Below, piece by piece: positions 45,213 through 54,817 of a stretch of 64,000 nt of DNA (the first letter of the stretch is position 1; each line of letters opens with the position of its first letter). Source of the stretch: Pirellulales bacterium (lineage in GTDB: Bacteria > Planctomycetota > Planctomycetia > Pirellulales > UBA7805); contig JAQWPY010000005.1 of assembly GCA_029245145.1 (NCBI GenBank), forward strand, positions 11,990-75,989. The letters run 5' to 3'. The translations under genes and the position numbers were made by a program. Under the pieces are notes generated by a model. It searched no databases. It had not been told where the DNA came from and was given only the letters and a program-made list of their open reading frames with translations.

Positions 45213-47472
45213 TTCCGCTTTCCTTTTTCAGTAAGGTTGCCTTCATCTCTCGTTGGATCGCGCGGACCAATTCGCCGGTTGCAGGAACGCCCGGCACAAG
45301 AGCCTCGAGTCGCCGAGCCTGATTTAAACTCTTTTCCAGTGCGCCGCTCTCTAGGTAAAGTATGGCCAGTGCATAGTGATAGTCAAAGTTTTTTGGCTCC
45401 CTTTCTATCGCTTGAAGGAGGGATTGTTCCGCCTCGGTAAACTTTTTCATGCGTCCCAAAATCAGGCCCAAGCGATAACGGGGCAGGCCCGCAGACGGAT
45501 CCTGTGCTACCAGAGTCCGAAAAGCGGCCTCTGCCTCCTCGTCCTTTCCAGTCCGGCTGTAAAGCATGCCCAGGTTAAAGCGAGCCGGAAAAAAAGAGGG
45601 GTCGAGTTTGAGGGCGTGCAGATACTCTGTCTCGGCTTGTCCGATTTTCTCTGCATCGAGGGAAAAATTGGCAAGGTTGTAATGTGAACCCGCGAGATCG
45701 GCATCAGCACGTTGGCCCTCGGTAAACTCAACCGCCGCACGATCAAAGGCAATCCGCATTTCCGGCGCGAGTAACTGTCGATGCGGTGCTAGCACGCCCA
45801 CAGCACTACTACGTACCATCCGCACCGGATCGGTCAGGTAGGGGCCCACCGCCTCCACTAAATCTTTTCCGCTGTATCCTCGTTGATGGAGATTTCGGAT
45901 GGACACCCCACGCACCAGCGGGTCGGGATGCCCGATCTGGCCGATCACCGCAGCGCGACTAGACGGGGTATTGAGTTCGGAGAGGTAATCTATCGCCGTC
46001 GCCCACACGATGCCCGGCAGATCTTTTTGATTTAACAAACCCACAAGTTGCTCTTCAGCCCCCATTTTCCGCTTGCGGGCTGCATCGAAGGCATAGGCAA
46101 AGTGAGGATGCTTTTCTTCGGGCTCACCATACCACTTTTCAGTTGCCGCCAGCATTTGTCGATCGATGCGGTTAATGATCTTTTTTACGGCCACATCACC
46201 AGCGTTCGCAGCAGCCAACAGATCGGCATAGGGCTCACCTTCGCCGCGGTTTTCGATTTCCAGATGACATTGCGTGCAAGCGTTGGGCACGCCGAGTTCA
46301 ACCGAAAGATCAGGCCGCGGGTTGCGAATGCTGTGGTCGCGTCTCGGATCGACGATCATGTAGTTCGTTTCGGGCATATGGCAGGCAACGCACTGGGCAC
46401 CCGATGAACCGGGGAGGTGATGGTGGTGTGCCGGCACATCGTATTTGCCACTCGGGTGCTGATGGCACGAAGTGCAAAGTTGGTTGCCCTGATATTTCAA
46501 TCGCGTTGTATGGGGATCGTGACAATCGGTACAGCGAATTCCCTTGGCGTGCATTTTGCTCTGCAGAAACGATCCGTAAACGTAGACTTCGTCCTGGATC
46601 TGACCATCGGCATGATAGAGCCCTTCGCGGAGCAGAGCGGGCTCGAAATAATCGAGCAGTTCCCCACCGGGACGAAAGTCACCGGCTACGCGGTGCCTTC
46701 TTGAATGGCACGGAGCGCACGACTCGATCTCGATTTTTGCATTTTTACTCTTCAGGTCCGGCAATCCATATCCGTGGTATCGATCCCAAAACAGACTCGG
46801 GGCATCAGCAAGCTGAACGTGTAGACTTCCCGGGCCGTGGCAGGTTTCACAACTGACGTCGATTTCGGCGAACGTGGTCTGGTAGCACACACTTTGAAGG
46901 TCGAAATTCTTCTGCAGATTGGTCGAGTGACACTCGGCACACATCTGCTGCCAATTCGACATCCGCCCGGTCCAGTGTAACGGGTCGTCGGGGGCGAGCT
47001 TCTCGTCGCGCACGTCGGGCGGATAGTGGTAAAACCACTCTTCTTTGTTTGTATCCCAACTTACGCGAAGCACCTGTACCCGCCCGTCGGGAAACTCGAC
47101 CATATATTGCTGCAGTGGATCGAAGCCGAAGACATATTTGACTTCGAAATCATCCATCTCTCCATCCGGCCCTTCGGTATGAATCATGTAGCGATCGCCC
47201 TCGCGAAACATCTGCGAGGTCACGCCCTGATAGGTGAGCTTGGCACTGTCAAAATCACCGAGTACCGTCTCACTGCTTGCCAGATCCATCGCCCGATCGT
47301 GCGGAGATCCGTGCCAGCGATCAAACTCTGACTGATGACATTCGGCACATTTGCCGCTGCCGACGTAGGAGGCCTGCGTGTCACGAGGCACACCACGCAG
47401 GTAATCCACGAGGATGCCAACCCCCACTAGGAGCGCGATCAGAAGGAAAGTAAGCGGAATACGTTTTTTCAT
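45175..47472 (-). CDS. octaheme c-type cytochrome fused to C-terminal TPR repeats
   Basis: ATG at 47472 (MKKRIPLTFLLIALLVG, a signal/anchor). Eight CxxCH motifs: CAECH, CAECH, CETCH, CAPCH, CTDCH, CTSCH, CVACH, CTQCH. The C-terminal region of about 250 aa has TPR-like repeats. Confidence 0.85.
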   Translation of the reverse strand: MKKRIPLTFLLIALLVGVGILVDYLRGVPRDTQASYVGSGKCAECHQSEFDRWHGSPHDRAMDLASSETVLGDFDSAKLTYQGVTSQMFREGDRYMIHTEGPDGEMDDFEVKYVFGFDPLQQYMVEFPDGRVQVLRVSWDTNKEEWFYHYPPDVRDEKLAPDDPLHWTGRMSNWQQMCAECHSTNLQKNFDLQSVCYQTTFAEIDVSCETCHGPGSLHVQLADAPSLFWDRYHGYGLPDLKSKNAKIEIESCAPCHSRRHRVAGDFRPGGELLDYFEPALLREGLYHADGQIQDEVYVYGSFLQSKMHAKGIRCTDCHDPHTTRLKYQGNQLCTSCHQHPSGKYDVPAHHHHLPGSSGAQCVACHMPETNYMIVDPRRDHSIRNPRPDLSVELGVPNACTQCHLEIENRGEGEPYADLLAAANAGDVAVKKIINRIDRQMLAATEKWYGEPEEKHPHFAYAFDAARKRKMGAEEQLVGLLNQKDLPGIVWATAIDYLSELNTPSSRAAVIGQIGHPDPLVRGVSIRNLHQRGYSGKDLVEAVGPYLTDPVRMVRSSAVGVLAPHRQLLAPEMRIAFDRAAVEFTEGQRADADLAGSHYNLANFSLDAEKIGQAETEYLHALKLDPSFFPARFNLGMLYSRTGKDEEAEAAFRTLVAQDPSAGLPRYRLGLILGRMKKFTEAEQSLLQAIEREPKNFDYHYALAILYLESGALEKSLNQARRLEALVPGVPATGELVRAIQREMKATLLKKESGNARIPSDRTDGE

Positions 47473-47612
47473 TGTCGTCCAAAACCACGAGAGTATGACT
47501 TCCCCCATTGTATCGCCTCATTCTCACCAGGGGACAACTCGGTAATGCCCCGTTTGACAGGCCAAGGAAGGGGGCGTTAGAGTCAGGTTCGACGGGCTAA
47601 CGGAGCCCGCCA

Positions 47613-47699
47613 GGATGGGTGGCCGAGTGGACTAAGGCGGCAGTCTTGAAAACTGCTGTACGGGCAACCGTACCGGGGGTTCGAATCCCTCCCCATCCG
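47613..47699 (+). tRNA. tRNA-Ser (anticodon UGA), type II with long variable arm
   Basis: Acceptor GGATGGG/CCCATCC, anticodon stem GCAGT/ACTGC with loop CTTGAAA, variable arm GTACGGGCAACCGTAC, and T-arm GGGGG-TTCGAAT-CCCTC. CCA is not encoded. Confidence 0.9.
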
Positions 47700-47726
47700 C
47701 TGAATCAGGTTCGGCTCAAGAAACGA

Positions 47727-49250
47727 CTACAGTTTCTCAATCTCGCCCGGTCGCCATGACTTGTCGAACCACGGTTTGAGTGGCCCGTAAAGCCGAAGGC
47801 AAAGAAACCAGCCTTTGCCCGGCACCGTCTGAATCCAATTTGATTCTTTGCCCGCCGGCGGCTTAGGACCGAAATAGATATCCACTGAACCATCCTCGTT
47901 GACCTGCATCTGATCCCGGCGACTATTGCGACTCGGAAACGGCTGCGCGGTCTGCAGTTCCGAACGGGTCTGCGGATCGTAGACGACGATGGACCAAAAA
48001 TCTTTGGCTGGCACGTCCTTGGGAATATTGAGCTTGTAGCTCTGGCTACCATCGAGGTACGCACCCTCCGTATCGAGTGCATTGAGTGCATACTGTGATC
48101 CGACACCGATCATCTCTTTAACCATCGCCGGAGTGTTCACGGTGGCGATATAGAAAAAGAAGGCACGGGCATCAAGATTGCGCCCGCCCTTGCCGTCGTC
48201 GATCAGCCAACGATAGTCACCCCCATCGAAGGCGGTGTACCAACTGCCCTCATCGTAAATGTAGACCGTGTCCGATCGCGGCTTGAAGCTGAGTGCCCGT
48301 GCGGTGGCATTGCCGACGGCAACCGCCTCGGTGAGAATCTTCTGCATGCGTGCATCCGGCTGAAATGGTTTTCCCTTTTGCATCCCCAGACTGGCAAGCA
48401 AACCACGCAACTCCGGGTCGATAAAATCGATTGGCTCCTTCTGGATCACATTGTTGATTTCTTCGAAGAATTTGTAGTTGTTCGCGTGGATGGTATTGAA
48501 GGGAACCTCGGATGCCTCCATGAATTCCATCTTCGGTGGATTCTCTTTCGCCTTGAGCGGATAAACCTTCAGGCCTTCACGAAAGTTCTTGGAAGCAGCG
48601 TCCGGCTTCCCATCTTTCAGCATGCCGCGGAGGATCAACCAATTCACCGCCGAAGGGGAACTCGCCACAAAATAACCTTCCGGCACATCGCCCTCAAAGC
48701 CTTCTGGGAGGATCAGGTATTTCCCGCCCTTGCCGCGGTCCGGGCCGGGTGCGCCCATATCGGTAACGAACCGGAAAAAAGCATCGTTCACGGTACCCGG
48801 TCCACAACCGGGCGGAATTTCGATCACCGTCGGGCCATCACGCTCAAGGTCCAGGAAGCTCATCGCATAGACCGTGTCGGTATTGCCGGTGAGAAACAGC
48901 GGATTCGAATCGAGCAGTCGATCCATAATCACGACCTGGTTCGGAAGCTTGCTGCCGAGCTGAGCGGCACCCTCTCGCAACGCCTCGAGTGACGCGGCCG
49001 GGATGAACTGTAAAAATGCCTCGGTGCCCCGCAGAAAATCAAGATTGTCATAGATCGTTTCAACGGTCGCGTCATCCGGTAAACCATCGAAAAATTTCAG
49101 CGTGCCGATCCGCGTATCGACCGTCTCGGGCGTCAATACCTCCGCCGGGATGTGCTGGTTGTAGCCAGGTGTTGGCGGCGTTCCGTAAGCGGCAGCGGTA
49201 ACCAGAAACCAAAACAGAGAAGCGAGGATGATCGAACGGGTCCGTTGCAT
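47727..49250 (-). CDS. DUF1254/DUF1214 domain-containing secreted protein
   Basis: Signal peptide (IILASLFWFLVTAAAYG), then sequence typical of the DUF1254 plus DUF1214 two-domain family (GTLKFFDGLPD..., ...WIQTVPGKGWFLCLRLYGP). Confidence 0.7.
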   Translation of the reverse strand: MQRTRSIILASLFWFLVTAAAYGTPPTPGYNQHIPAEVLTPETVDTRIGTLKFFDGLPDDATVETIYDNLDFLRGTEAFLQFIPAASLEALREGAAQLGSKLPNQVVIMDRLLDSNPLFLTGNTDTVYAMSFLDLERDGPTVIEIPPGCGPGTVNDAFFRFVTDMGAPGPDRGKGGKYLILPEGFEGDVPEGYFVASSPSAVNWLILRGMLKDGKPDAASKNFREGLKVYPLKAKENPPKMEFMEASEVPFNTIHANNYKFFEEINNVIQKEPIDFIDPELRGLLASLGMQKGKPFQPDARMQKILTEAVAVGNATARALSFKPRSDTVYIYDEGSWYTAFDGGDYRWLIDDGKGGRNLDARAFFFYIATVNTPAMVKEMIGVGSQYALNALDTEGAYLDGSQSYKLNIPKDVPAKDFWSIVVYDPQTRSELQTAQPFPSRNSRRDQMQVNEDGSVDIYFGPKPPAGKESNWIQTVPGKGWFLCLRLYGPLKPWFDKSWRPGEIEKL

Positions 49251-49387
49251 GATAAGGAACTCACTTTCGGTACATGATCAGCAGATTGTGCGAAGGTTCA
49301 GCCTAACGCATCGGCTGACGGGAGAAAACGGGCACACGCGGAGTTGATCCCGAGCGCTATCGAGGAGAGGACTGCCCGAACGACCGC

Positions 49388-50743
49388 CTAACGGCCTTCT
49401 CCCTGACACTTGCGACAGGCGGCCAGTTTTGCCCGCAATTCGTTTTTTAGCGCCAAGGGCAGCGACTCAGAAAGGTTCTGCTGCTCGTGCGGATCTCGCG
49501 AGAGATCGTAAAATTCTTCGCGCGGTCGATTCTCATAAGCCGCCACGAGCCGCTCCGCAGACCGATCGTCTACAGCGGCCGCGAGCCAACTTTCCCAGTA
49601 GTCGCGGCCGTCACGGGCTACGCCCCGTGAGATGTGCGTCTCATACTTTCTCTCGGGATGCAAATTGAGAATGTATTTGTAGCGATCCGTACGCACCGCA
49701 CGCATGGGCGACCGATTGATCCGGCTGTCTCCTGTATGGGTGGTAAAAATAGCTTCGCGATGCGCGTCGGTTTCACCGGCCAGCAGAGCCGCAAGACTTT
49801 GGCCGTCTATTTCCCCCGGTGGTTTCCCACCCGCAATTTCGATGAAGGTCGGAAGGAGATCGGTCAGACTGACCATGGCTGCGGTCGTTCGGCCCGCCCC
49901 GACGTGCCCCGGCCAACGGACAATCAGAGGGACCCTCGTACCGGCTTCGTACAAATTCCACTTGGAAAATGGCCATTGCGCACCGTGATCGGACGCGTAA
50001 ACGAAGACCAGATTGTCCGAAAATCCATGTCGCTCGAGTGCGGTGAGGCAGCATCCCAAACGAGCATCCAACTGGGTGACGTCACTATAGTATCGCGCGC
50101 GTGCTTTGCGCGATTCGTGCGTATCGACCGAACGCGGGGGTAAGCCGATCTGCGCCGGATCGTAGCCGTCGTTCTCCGGCCAGGGAATGTGCGGGCTCCA
50201 ACTGTTGACGATGAGGCAGAGTGGTACGTTCGGATCGTGTGCCGCAAGCAATTGTTCCAACGCGTCGGTATCAAGCGAACTCCCTTGATCGGGTCCTGCC
50301 GGAGCAATTCGACCTTCAACATATTCGAAAGGGAACGCAGAGCGTGGTGAGACGTGATTTTTTCCAAAGAGAACCGTGCGGTAGCCCAGGGGCCCAAAAT
50401 AGTGCGGGAGCGATCGGGTGCCCTCGCGCACAGACGAGTGGTTAGGATGCGCGCCGTTGCGAGCGGGCATCAGACCGGTAAATAAGGCCGATCGTGAAGG
50501 CGTACAACTTGGCGACGCACAGTAAGCTCGCTCGAATCGCAACCCTTCCTCGGCAAGTCGATCGAGATGGGGTGTCCGTACATCGGGATTGCCGTAGCAA
50601 CCGGCGTCCGCCGCACCGTGATCGTCAGACAGGAAAAGCACCAGATGCGGAAGAGCATTGGTTGATTCTGCAGGGAGTAAACTAGCAACCAACCATATGA
50701 AAACTCCCGCTCCAATACTGACTCCGAAACTTCGTGCTGACAT
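49388..50743 (-). CDS. sulfatase (formylglycine-dependent)
   Basis: Signal peptide, LVLFLSDDHG, and the sulfatase signature SCTPSRSALFTG (C-x-P-x-R). Confidence 0.9.
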   Translation of the reverse strand: MSARSFGVSIGAGVFIWLVASLLPAESTNALPHLVLFLSDDHGAADAGCYGNPDVRTPHLDRLAEEGLRFERAYCASPSCTPSRSALFTGLMPARNGAHPNHSSVREGTRSLPHYFGPLGYRTVLFGKNHVSPRSAFPFEYVEGRIAPAGPDQGSSLDTDALEQLLAAHDPNVPLCLIVNSWSPHIPWPENDGYDPAQIGLPPRSVDTHESRKARARYYSDVTQLDARLGCCLTALERHGFSDNLVFVYASDHGAQWPFSKWNLYEAGTRVPLIVRWPGHVGAGRTTAAMVSLTDLLPTFIEIAGGKPPGEIDGQSLAALLAGETDAHREAIFTTHTGDSRINRSPMRAVRTDRYKYILNLHPERKYETHISRGVARDGRDYWESWLAAAVDDRSAERLVAAYENRPREEFYDLSRDPHEQQNLSESLPLALKNELRAKLAACRKCQGEGR

Positions 50744-50913
50744 ACGATCCGCTCTACCAAAAAAACATTAGATCATCGCAATCTCAAGCTCTTATCATAA
50801 CCGATTCGTAATTCTTCGCTGCACAGCGGCGTGGACCCTCTTCAAGCCAGATGCTACCATGTGGCACTTTCAATTTTTTCTATCGTTTTTGTCCCTCGAA
50901 AAGTTGCCTCGCG

Positions 50914-51711
50914 ATGCGCACGTTACTCATCTGCCACGATCAACATCCGCTCGATCGCGACGGCCTGTCTCGCTGGTTGGCATCTTTTTCGGAACTGGCA
51001 GGGGTGGTAGTGCTTCAGGAACACGCATCGAGAAAACGCAAGCGAATACGTCGCGAGATCCAACGGGTCGGAATTTTGCGGTTCCTCGATGTGATTGCAT
51101 TCCGATTTTACGACCGATTTGTCTGGGGACGAAAAGATCAGCAGTGGGAAGCAGCCAAGTTGGCGGAGTTAAAAGCGGAATATCCCGAGTTGCCCGACGT
51201 TCCTCGACTGATCACCCACAGCCCTAACACCGCAGAGGCCGAGGAGTTTATTCAAGCAGCCAACTGCGACATCATGATCGCCCGTTGCAAAACACTTCTG
51301 GCGGAAAGAATTTTTTCCCTGCCGCGGGCAGCCACGCTCGTGATGCACCCCGGAATTTGCCCCGAATATCGCAACGCTTACGGCTGCTTTTGGGCTCTGG
51401 CGGAGGACGATCTGGAGCGGGTCGGTATGACTCTTCTGAAAGTCGATGCGGGAATCGATACCGGAGGTGTATACGGCTACTACACGTATGACTACGACGA
51501 GGTCAATGAATCGCAAAACATGATCCACAATCGGGTTACTTTTGACAACCTTTTACCGCTTGCCGAAACAATTTCTGAAATCCATGCGGGCACCGCAGAG
51601 TCGATTGACACTTCCTCACGAAAATCTGCCACCTGGGGACAGCCATGGTTGAGCCGCTATTTGCGATGGAAAAAAAATGCCCGTCGGCGACTGCGGGAGC
51701 AATCGCAATGA
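50914..51711 (+). CDS. formyltransferase family protein
   Basis: ATG at 50914 (MRTLLICHD). LVMHPGICPEYRNAYGCFWAL...GMTLLKVDAGIDTGGV parallels the Fmt/PurN/ArnA-type HPS-LP-xRG...D-G-D motifs. Confidence 0.65.
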   Translation: MRTLLICHDQHPLDRDGLSRWLASFSELAGVVVLQEHASRKRKRIRREIQRVGILRFLDVIAFRFYDRFVWGRKDQQWEAAKLAELKAEYPELPDVPRLITHSPNTAEAEEFIQAANCDIMIARCKTLLAERIFSLPRAATLVMHPGICPEYRNAYGCFWALAEDDLERVGMTLLKVDAGIDTGGVYGYYTYDYDEVNESQNMIHNRVTFDNLLPLAETISEIHAGTAESIDTSSRKSATWGQPWLSRYLRWKKNARRRLREQSQ

Positions 51712-52514
51712 AACAGATTACGCTCCTCTACCACGATGTGCTCGAAGAGGGTGCGCATCAGCAAAGCGGCTTCCCCGACCCGGCAGCCGCCCGATATAAA
51801 CTCGGTCGCGCAGCGTTTGTCGAACACTTGCAGGCCATCAATACCGTCTTGCAATCACAACCGATTACAATTGAACAACTACCCCAGGTCACTCAACAAC
51901 CCATCCCCTTCACAATCGGATTTGACGATGGGGGTGTTAGTAGTGCAACCATCATTGCCGAAGAATTGGGGCAATTCGACTGGAAAGGGCATTTTTTTAT
52001 AACGACCGATTGGATCGGCAAGCCTGGCTTCGTTAACGAGAACCAAATTCGCGAGTTGGATGCTGCCGGCCATCGCATCGGCTCACACACCTGCTCGCAT
52101 CCCAACCCGATGTCTCAATGCTCACAGTCACAACTTGTCGGAGAGTGGACACAAAGCATCGCGAGGCTGAGCGACATCCTGGGGCATTCGGTCGAAGTTG
52201 CCTCGATCCCGGGCGGCGCTTACGGAAAAAATGTTGCGCGTGCCGCAGCAACAGCAGGAATCCGCTGGCTCTTCACATCCGAACCGGTTCGTGCAAGTTG
52301 GCAGATCAACGGCTGCACGATGCTTGGCCGATACGGGATCGAATGTGAGGATGCTCCACGCAAGGCAGCCGCTTTTGTAGCCGAGGATTGGACGGTCCTC
52401 ACCAGGGAATGGATGGCCTGGAACGCAAAAAAAACCATTAAACGCGTGGGCGGAACACTCTATTATAAATTGCGCCGCTGGCAACAAAACCTTCGGCACG
52501 ACGACAAACAGTAA
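51708..52514 (+). CDS. polysaccharide deacetylase (carbohydrate esterase 4-like) family protein
   Basis: ATG at 51708 overlaps the upstream stop (ATGA). FTIGFDDG and GSHTCSHP are CE4 NodB-type motifs. Confidence 0.7.
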   Translation: MKQITLLYHDVLEEGAHQQSGFPDPAAARYKLGRAAFVEHLQAINTVLQSQPITIEQLPQVTQQPIPFTIGFDDGGVSSATIIAEELGQFDWKGHFFITTDWIGKPGFVNENQIRELDAAGHRIGSHTCSHPNPMSQCSQSQLVGEWTQSIARLSDILGHSVEVASIPGGAYGKNVARAAATAGIRWLFTSEPVRASWQINGCTMLGRYGIECEDAPRKAAAFVAEDWTVLTREWMAWNAKKTIKRVGGTLYYKLRRWQQNLRHDDKQ

Positions 52515-52521
52515 TTATCGT

Positions 52522-53376
52522 TCAATTGCCAAACTTTTCTCGAAGAAATGCAAAGCCGGTGCTGACAAATGAATCTGCATCGGGGCAGACATTGTGGAAC
52601 ATCCCACGGCGAAAGGCAAAATCATCGATCGACGAATTGTAGCCCTCCAGTAGCACCGGCCCGTTGAAGTCGATCTGGCGGAGGCCGTCGGCAATCCGCG
52701 ACCAGGGAATCAGCCCGCCCCCCGGCACGCCTCGGTCATTCTCGCAAGCGTGTACACCCCAAAGTTTTGATCCCATTGATAAAATCGCCGCCTGATAATC
52801 GCGGACTTCGGTTATCAGATGATACGTGTCAAAGAGCACGCGAAGATTCGGATGATCGCAGCGGTCGAGCAGGGCCACGGCCTGGTCAGGCGTATTGATC
52901 AGATGGGTGCGGAAGTGGCTCATCGGTTCAATTGCCAGAAGCACATTACGCTCGGCTGCAAATTCAGCAAGCTGCTGTAAACCCTCAACCATCCGTTGGT
53001 ATTCGTCATTCGGCGGCAGCCGCTTTTGAACAACGCCCGTGTGTCCATAGAGGGCACCGGTATACGCAATCGCCTCGAGCTCTGCTGCAAGTTCAATCTG
53101 CTGCTGGTGCCAGGCGAGTCCCCGTTGGCGGTCCGCCGGATCGTCGGCCGAGATGTCGCATGGAACTGGCCATTGTCCACCGGGACTCACGATCAATTGC
53201 ATTCTGAGTTTGTTCGCTTCGACCCGCGTATCAGCAATTGAAAAATGCACATCGTCACCGATTGCAATTTCCAGAACTTCCCCGCCGAGAGCACGCAAAC
53301 GCTCTAGGATCGGGAGACTGGCGTCGCTCCAGTGATCGGTGAACAGATAACAGTGTGCGCCAAGTTGAATCTTCAT
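52522..53376 (-). CDS. sugar phosphate isomerase/epimerase (xylose isomerase-like TIM barrel)
   Basis: The likely start is MKIQLGAHCYLF at 53376, 16 nt after the upstream stop. LAIEPMSHF and WGVHACENDRG are family-typical motifs. Confidence 0.75.
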   Translation of the reverse strand: MKIQLGAHCYLFTDHWSDASLPILERLRALGGEVLEIAIGDDVHFSIADTRVEANKLRMQLIVSPGGQWPVPCDISADDPADRQRGLAWHQQQIELAAELEAIAYTGALYGHTGVVQKRLPPNDEYQRMVEGLQQLAEFAAERNVLLAIEPMSHFRTHLINTPDQAVALLDRCDHPNLRVLFDTYHLITEVRDYQAAILSMGSKLWGVHACENDRGVPGGGLIPWSRIADGLRQIDFNGPVLLEGYNSSIDDFAFRRGMFHNVCPDADSFVSTGFAFLREKFGN

Positions 53377-53392
53377 CGCATGCCACCGGGTC

Positions 53393-54817
53393 CTACGCCA
53401 GAATGTCGTGAATAACCCGACCATGGACATCCGTCAAACGGAAATCGCGACCCGCATGACGATAAATCAGTTTCTCGTGGTCCAAACCCAATTGGTGCAG
53501 CACCGTCGCGTGGAGATCGTGCACATCAATCGGATTCTCGACCGCCTTGTACCCAAAATCGTCCGTTGCCCCGTAGGAAATCCCCGCGCGGATTCCGCCT
53601 CCCGCCAAAAGTGCCGAGAAACCGTAAGAGTTGTGGTCGCGTCCCTTGCCGGAGGTGCCATCGTCGTTCATCTGTACGGTGGGCGTGCGACCGAATTCTC
53701 CCGAAACAATGACAAGTGTCTCATCCAAAAGACCACGCTGCTTGAGATCGAGAATTAAGGCCGCAATCGGTCGGTCACACTCCGGAGCGAGGCGGCGAAT
53801 TTTTGGAAAAATATCATTATGGTGATCCCACGGTTGAAATGGACCGTGCCACACCTGAATAAACCTCACGCCACGTTCGGCCAAACGCCGAGCGATGATC
53901 ATTTGTCTCGCTTGATCCGAATCGCCGTACATGCGGTGGATGTGTGCCGGTTCATCCTTCACATCGAAGGCACCGCGGGCGGCAACTTGCATGCGATAGG
54001 CCAATTCATATGAAGCAATCCGTCCTTCGAGCGCATCGTCCTGACCTCGCTGGATCGCATGCTGGCGATTGAGTTGTTGCACCAAATCCAACTGGCGTCT
54101 CTGCTGCTGCGGTCCCGCCAGTTGGCTGCGAACATTTTCAACGAGGCGATCGACACGACGATAAGCCGTGTCGACTAACATTCCCTGATGCACCGATGGC
54201 AAAAATGCGCTCCGCCAGTTGTCGGCACCTTTCACCGGCACGCGTCCTTTCCCCGGACAGAGAACAACAAACGCGGGCAGATTTTCATTCTCTGAGCCAA
54301 GACCATAGCTGAGCCAAGATCCCACACTCGGGGTGAGTTGTGAAAGTGAACCGCAGTTCATCAGCATCAGAGCGGACTCATGAATCGGTGAGGAGGTTGT
54401 CATGGAACGAACCAAACACAACTCATCAACGATCGATCCGATGTGAGGAAACAATTCGCTCACCTCAGTACCACATGCGCCATGGGATCGAAATCGAAAA
54501 GGGGACGCCATGGCATGTCCCGTCATGAAGGGAGTGAAGGGATGCCGATACGGAAGCGGCTTGCCGTGGTTTTTGGTAAGGATGGGCTTGGGATCAAACG
54601 AATCAACTTGAGAGAGTCCCCCATTGAGAAAAACGTGGATGACTCGCTTTGCACGGGGGCGCACCTGCGGTAATGCATCGGCAGGTGCTGCCAAGAGTTG
54701 CTCTTGATGCAGCAAACCTGCAAGGCCGAGCGCACCGAACCCCATGCCACATCGCTTGAGCAGCGTGCGTCTTGAAAGTGGGTGTAGAGCGAGGCTCTCT
54801 CGACTTGGGAGGTTCAT
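53393..54817 (-). CDS. DUF1501 domain-containing protein (sulfatase/alkaline-phosphatase-like, Tat-type signal)
   Basis: SRRTLLKRCGMGFGALGLAGLL N-terminus, HVFLNGGLSQVDSFDPKP, and C-terminal HAGRDFRLTDVHGRVI. The start overlaps the upstream stop by 4 nt. Confidence 0.85.
   Translation of the reverse strand: MNLPSRESLALHPLSRRTLLKRCGMGFGALGLAGLLHQEQLLAAPADALPQVRPRAKRVIHVFLNGGLSQVDSFDPKPILTKNHGKPLPYRHPFTPFMTGHAMASPFRFRSHGACGTEVSELFPHIGSIVDELCLVRSMTTSSPIHESALMLMNCGSLSQLTPSVGSWLSYGLGSENENLPAFVVLCPGKGRVPVKGADNWRSAFLPSVHQGMLVDTAYRRVDRLVENVRSQLAGPQQQRRQLDLVQQLNRQHAIQRGQDDALEGRIASYELAYRMQVAARGAFDVKDEPAHIHRMYGDSDQARQMIIARRLAERGVRFIQVWHGPFQPWDHHNDIFPKIRRLAPECDRPIAALILDLKQRGLLDETLVIVSGEFGRTPTVQMNDDGTSGKGRDHNSYGFSALLAGGGIRAGISYGATDDFGYKAVENPIDVHDLHATVLHQLGLDHEKLIYRHAGRDFRLTDVHGRVIHDILA

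Noticed and set aside
47613-50743. tRNA-Ser as the attachment site of an integrated genomic island.
   Set aside because: I found no integrase, recombinase or phage genes downstream, and no direct repeat of the tRNA 3' end. The neighbouring genes (DUF1254/DUF1214, sulfatase) are typical core-type Planctomycete content.
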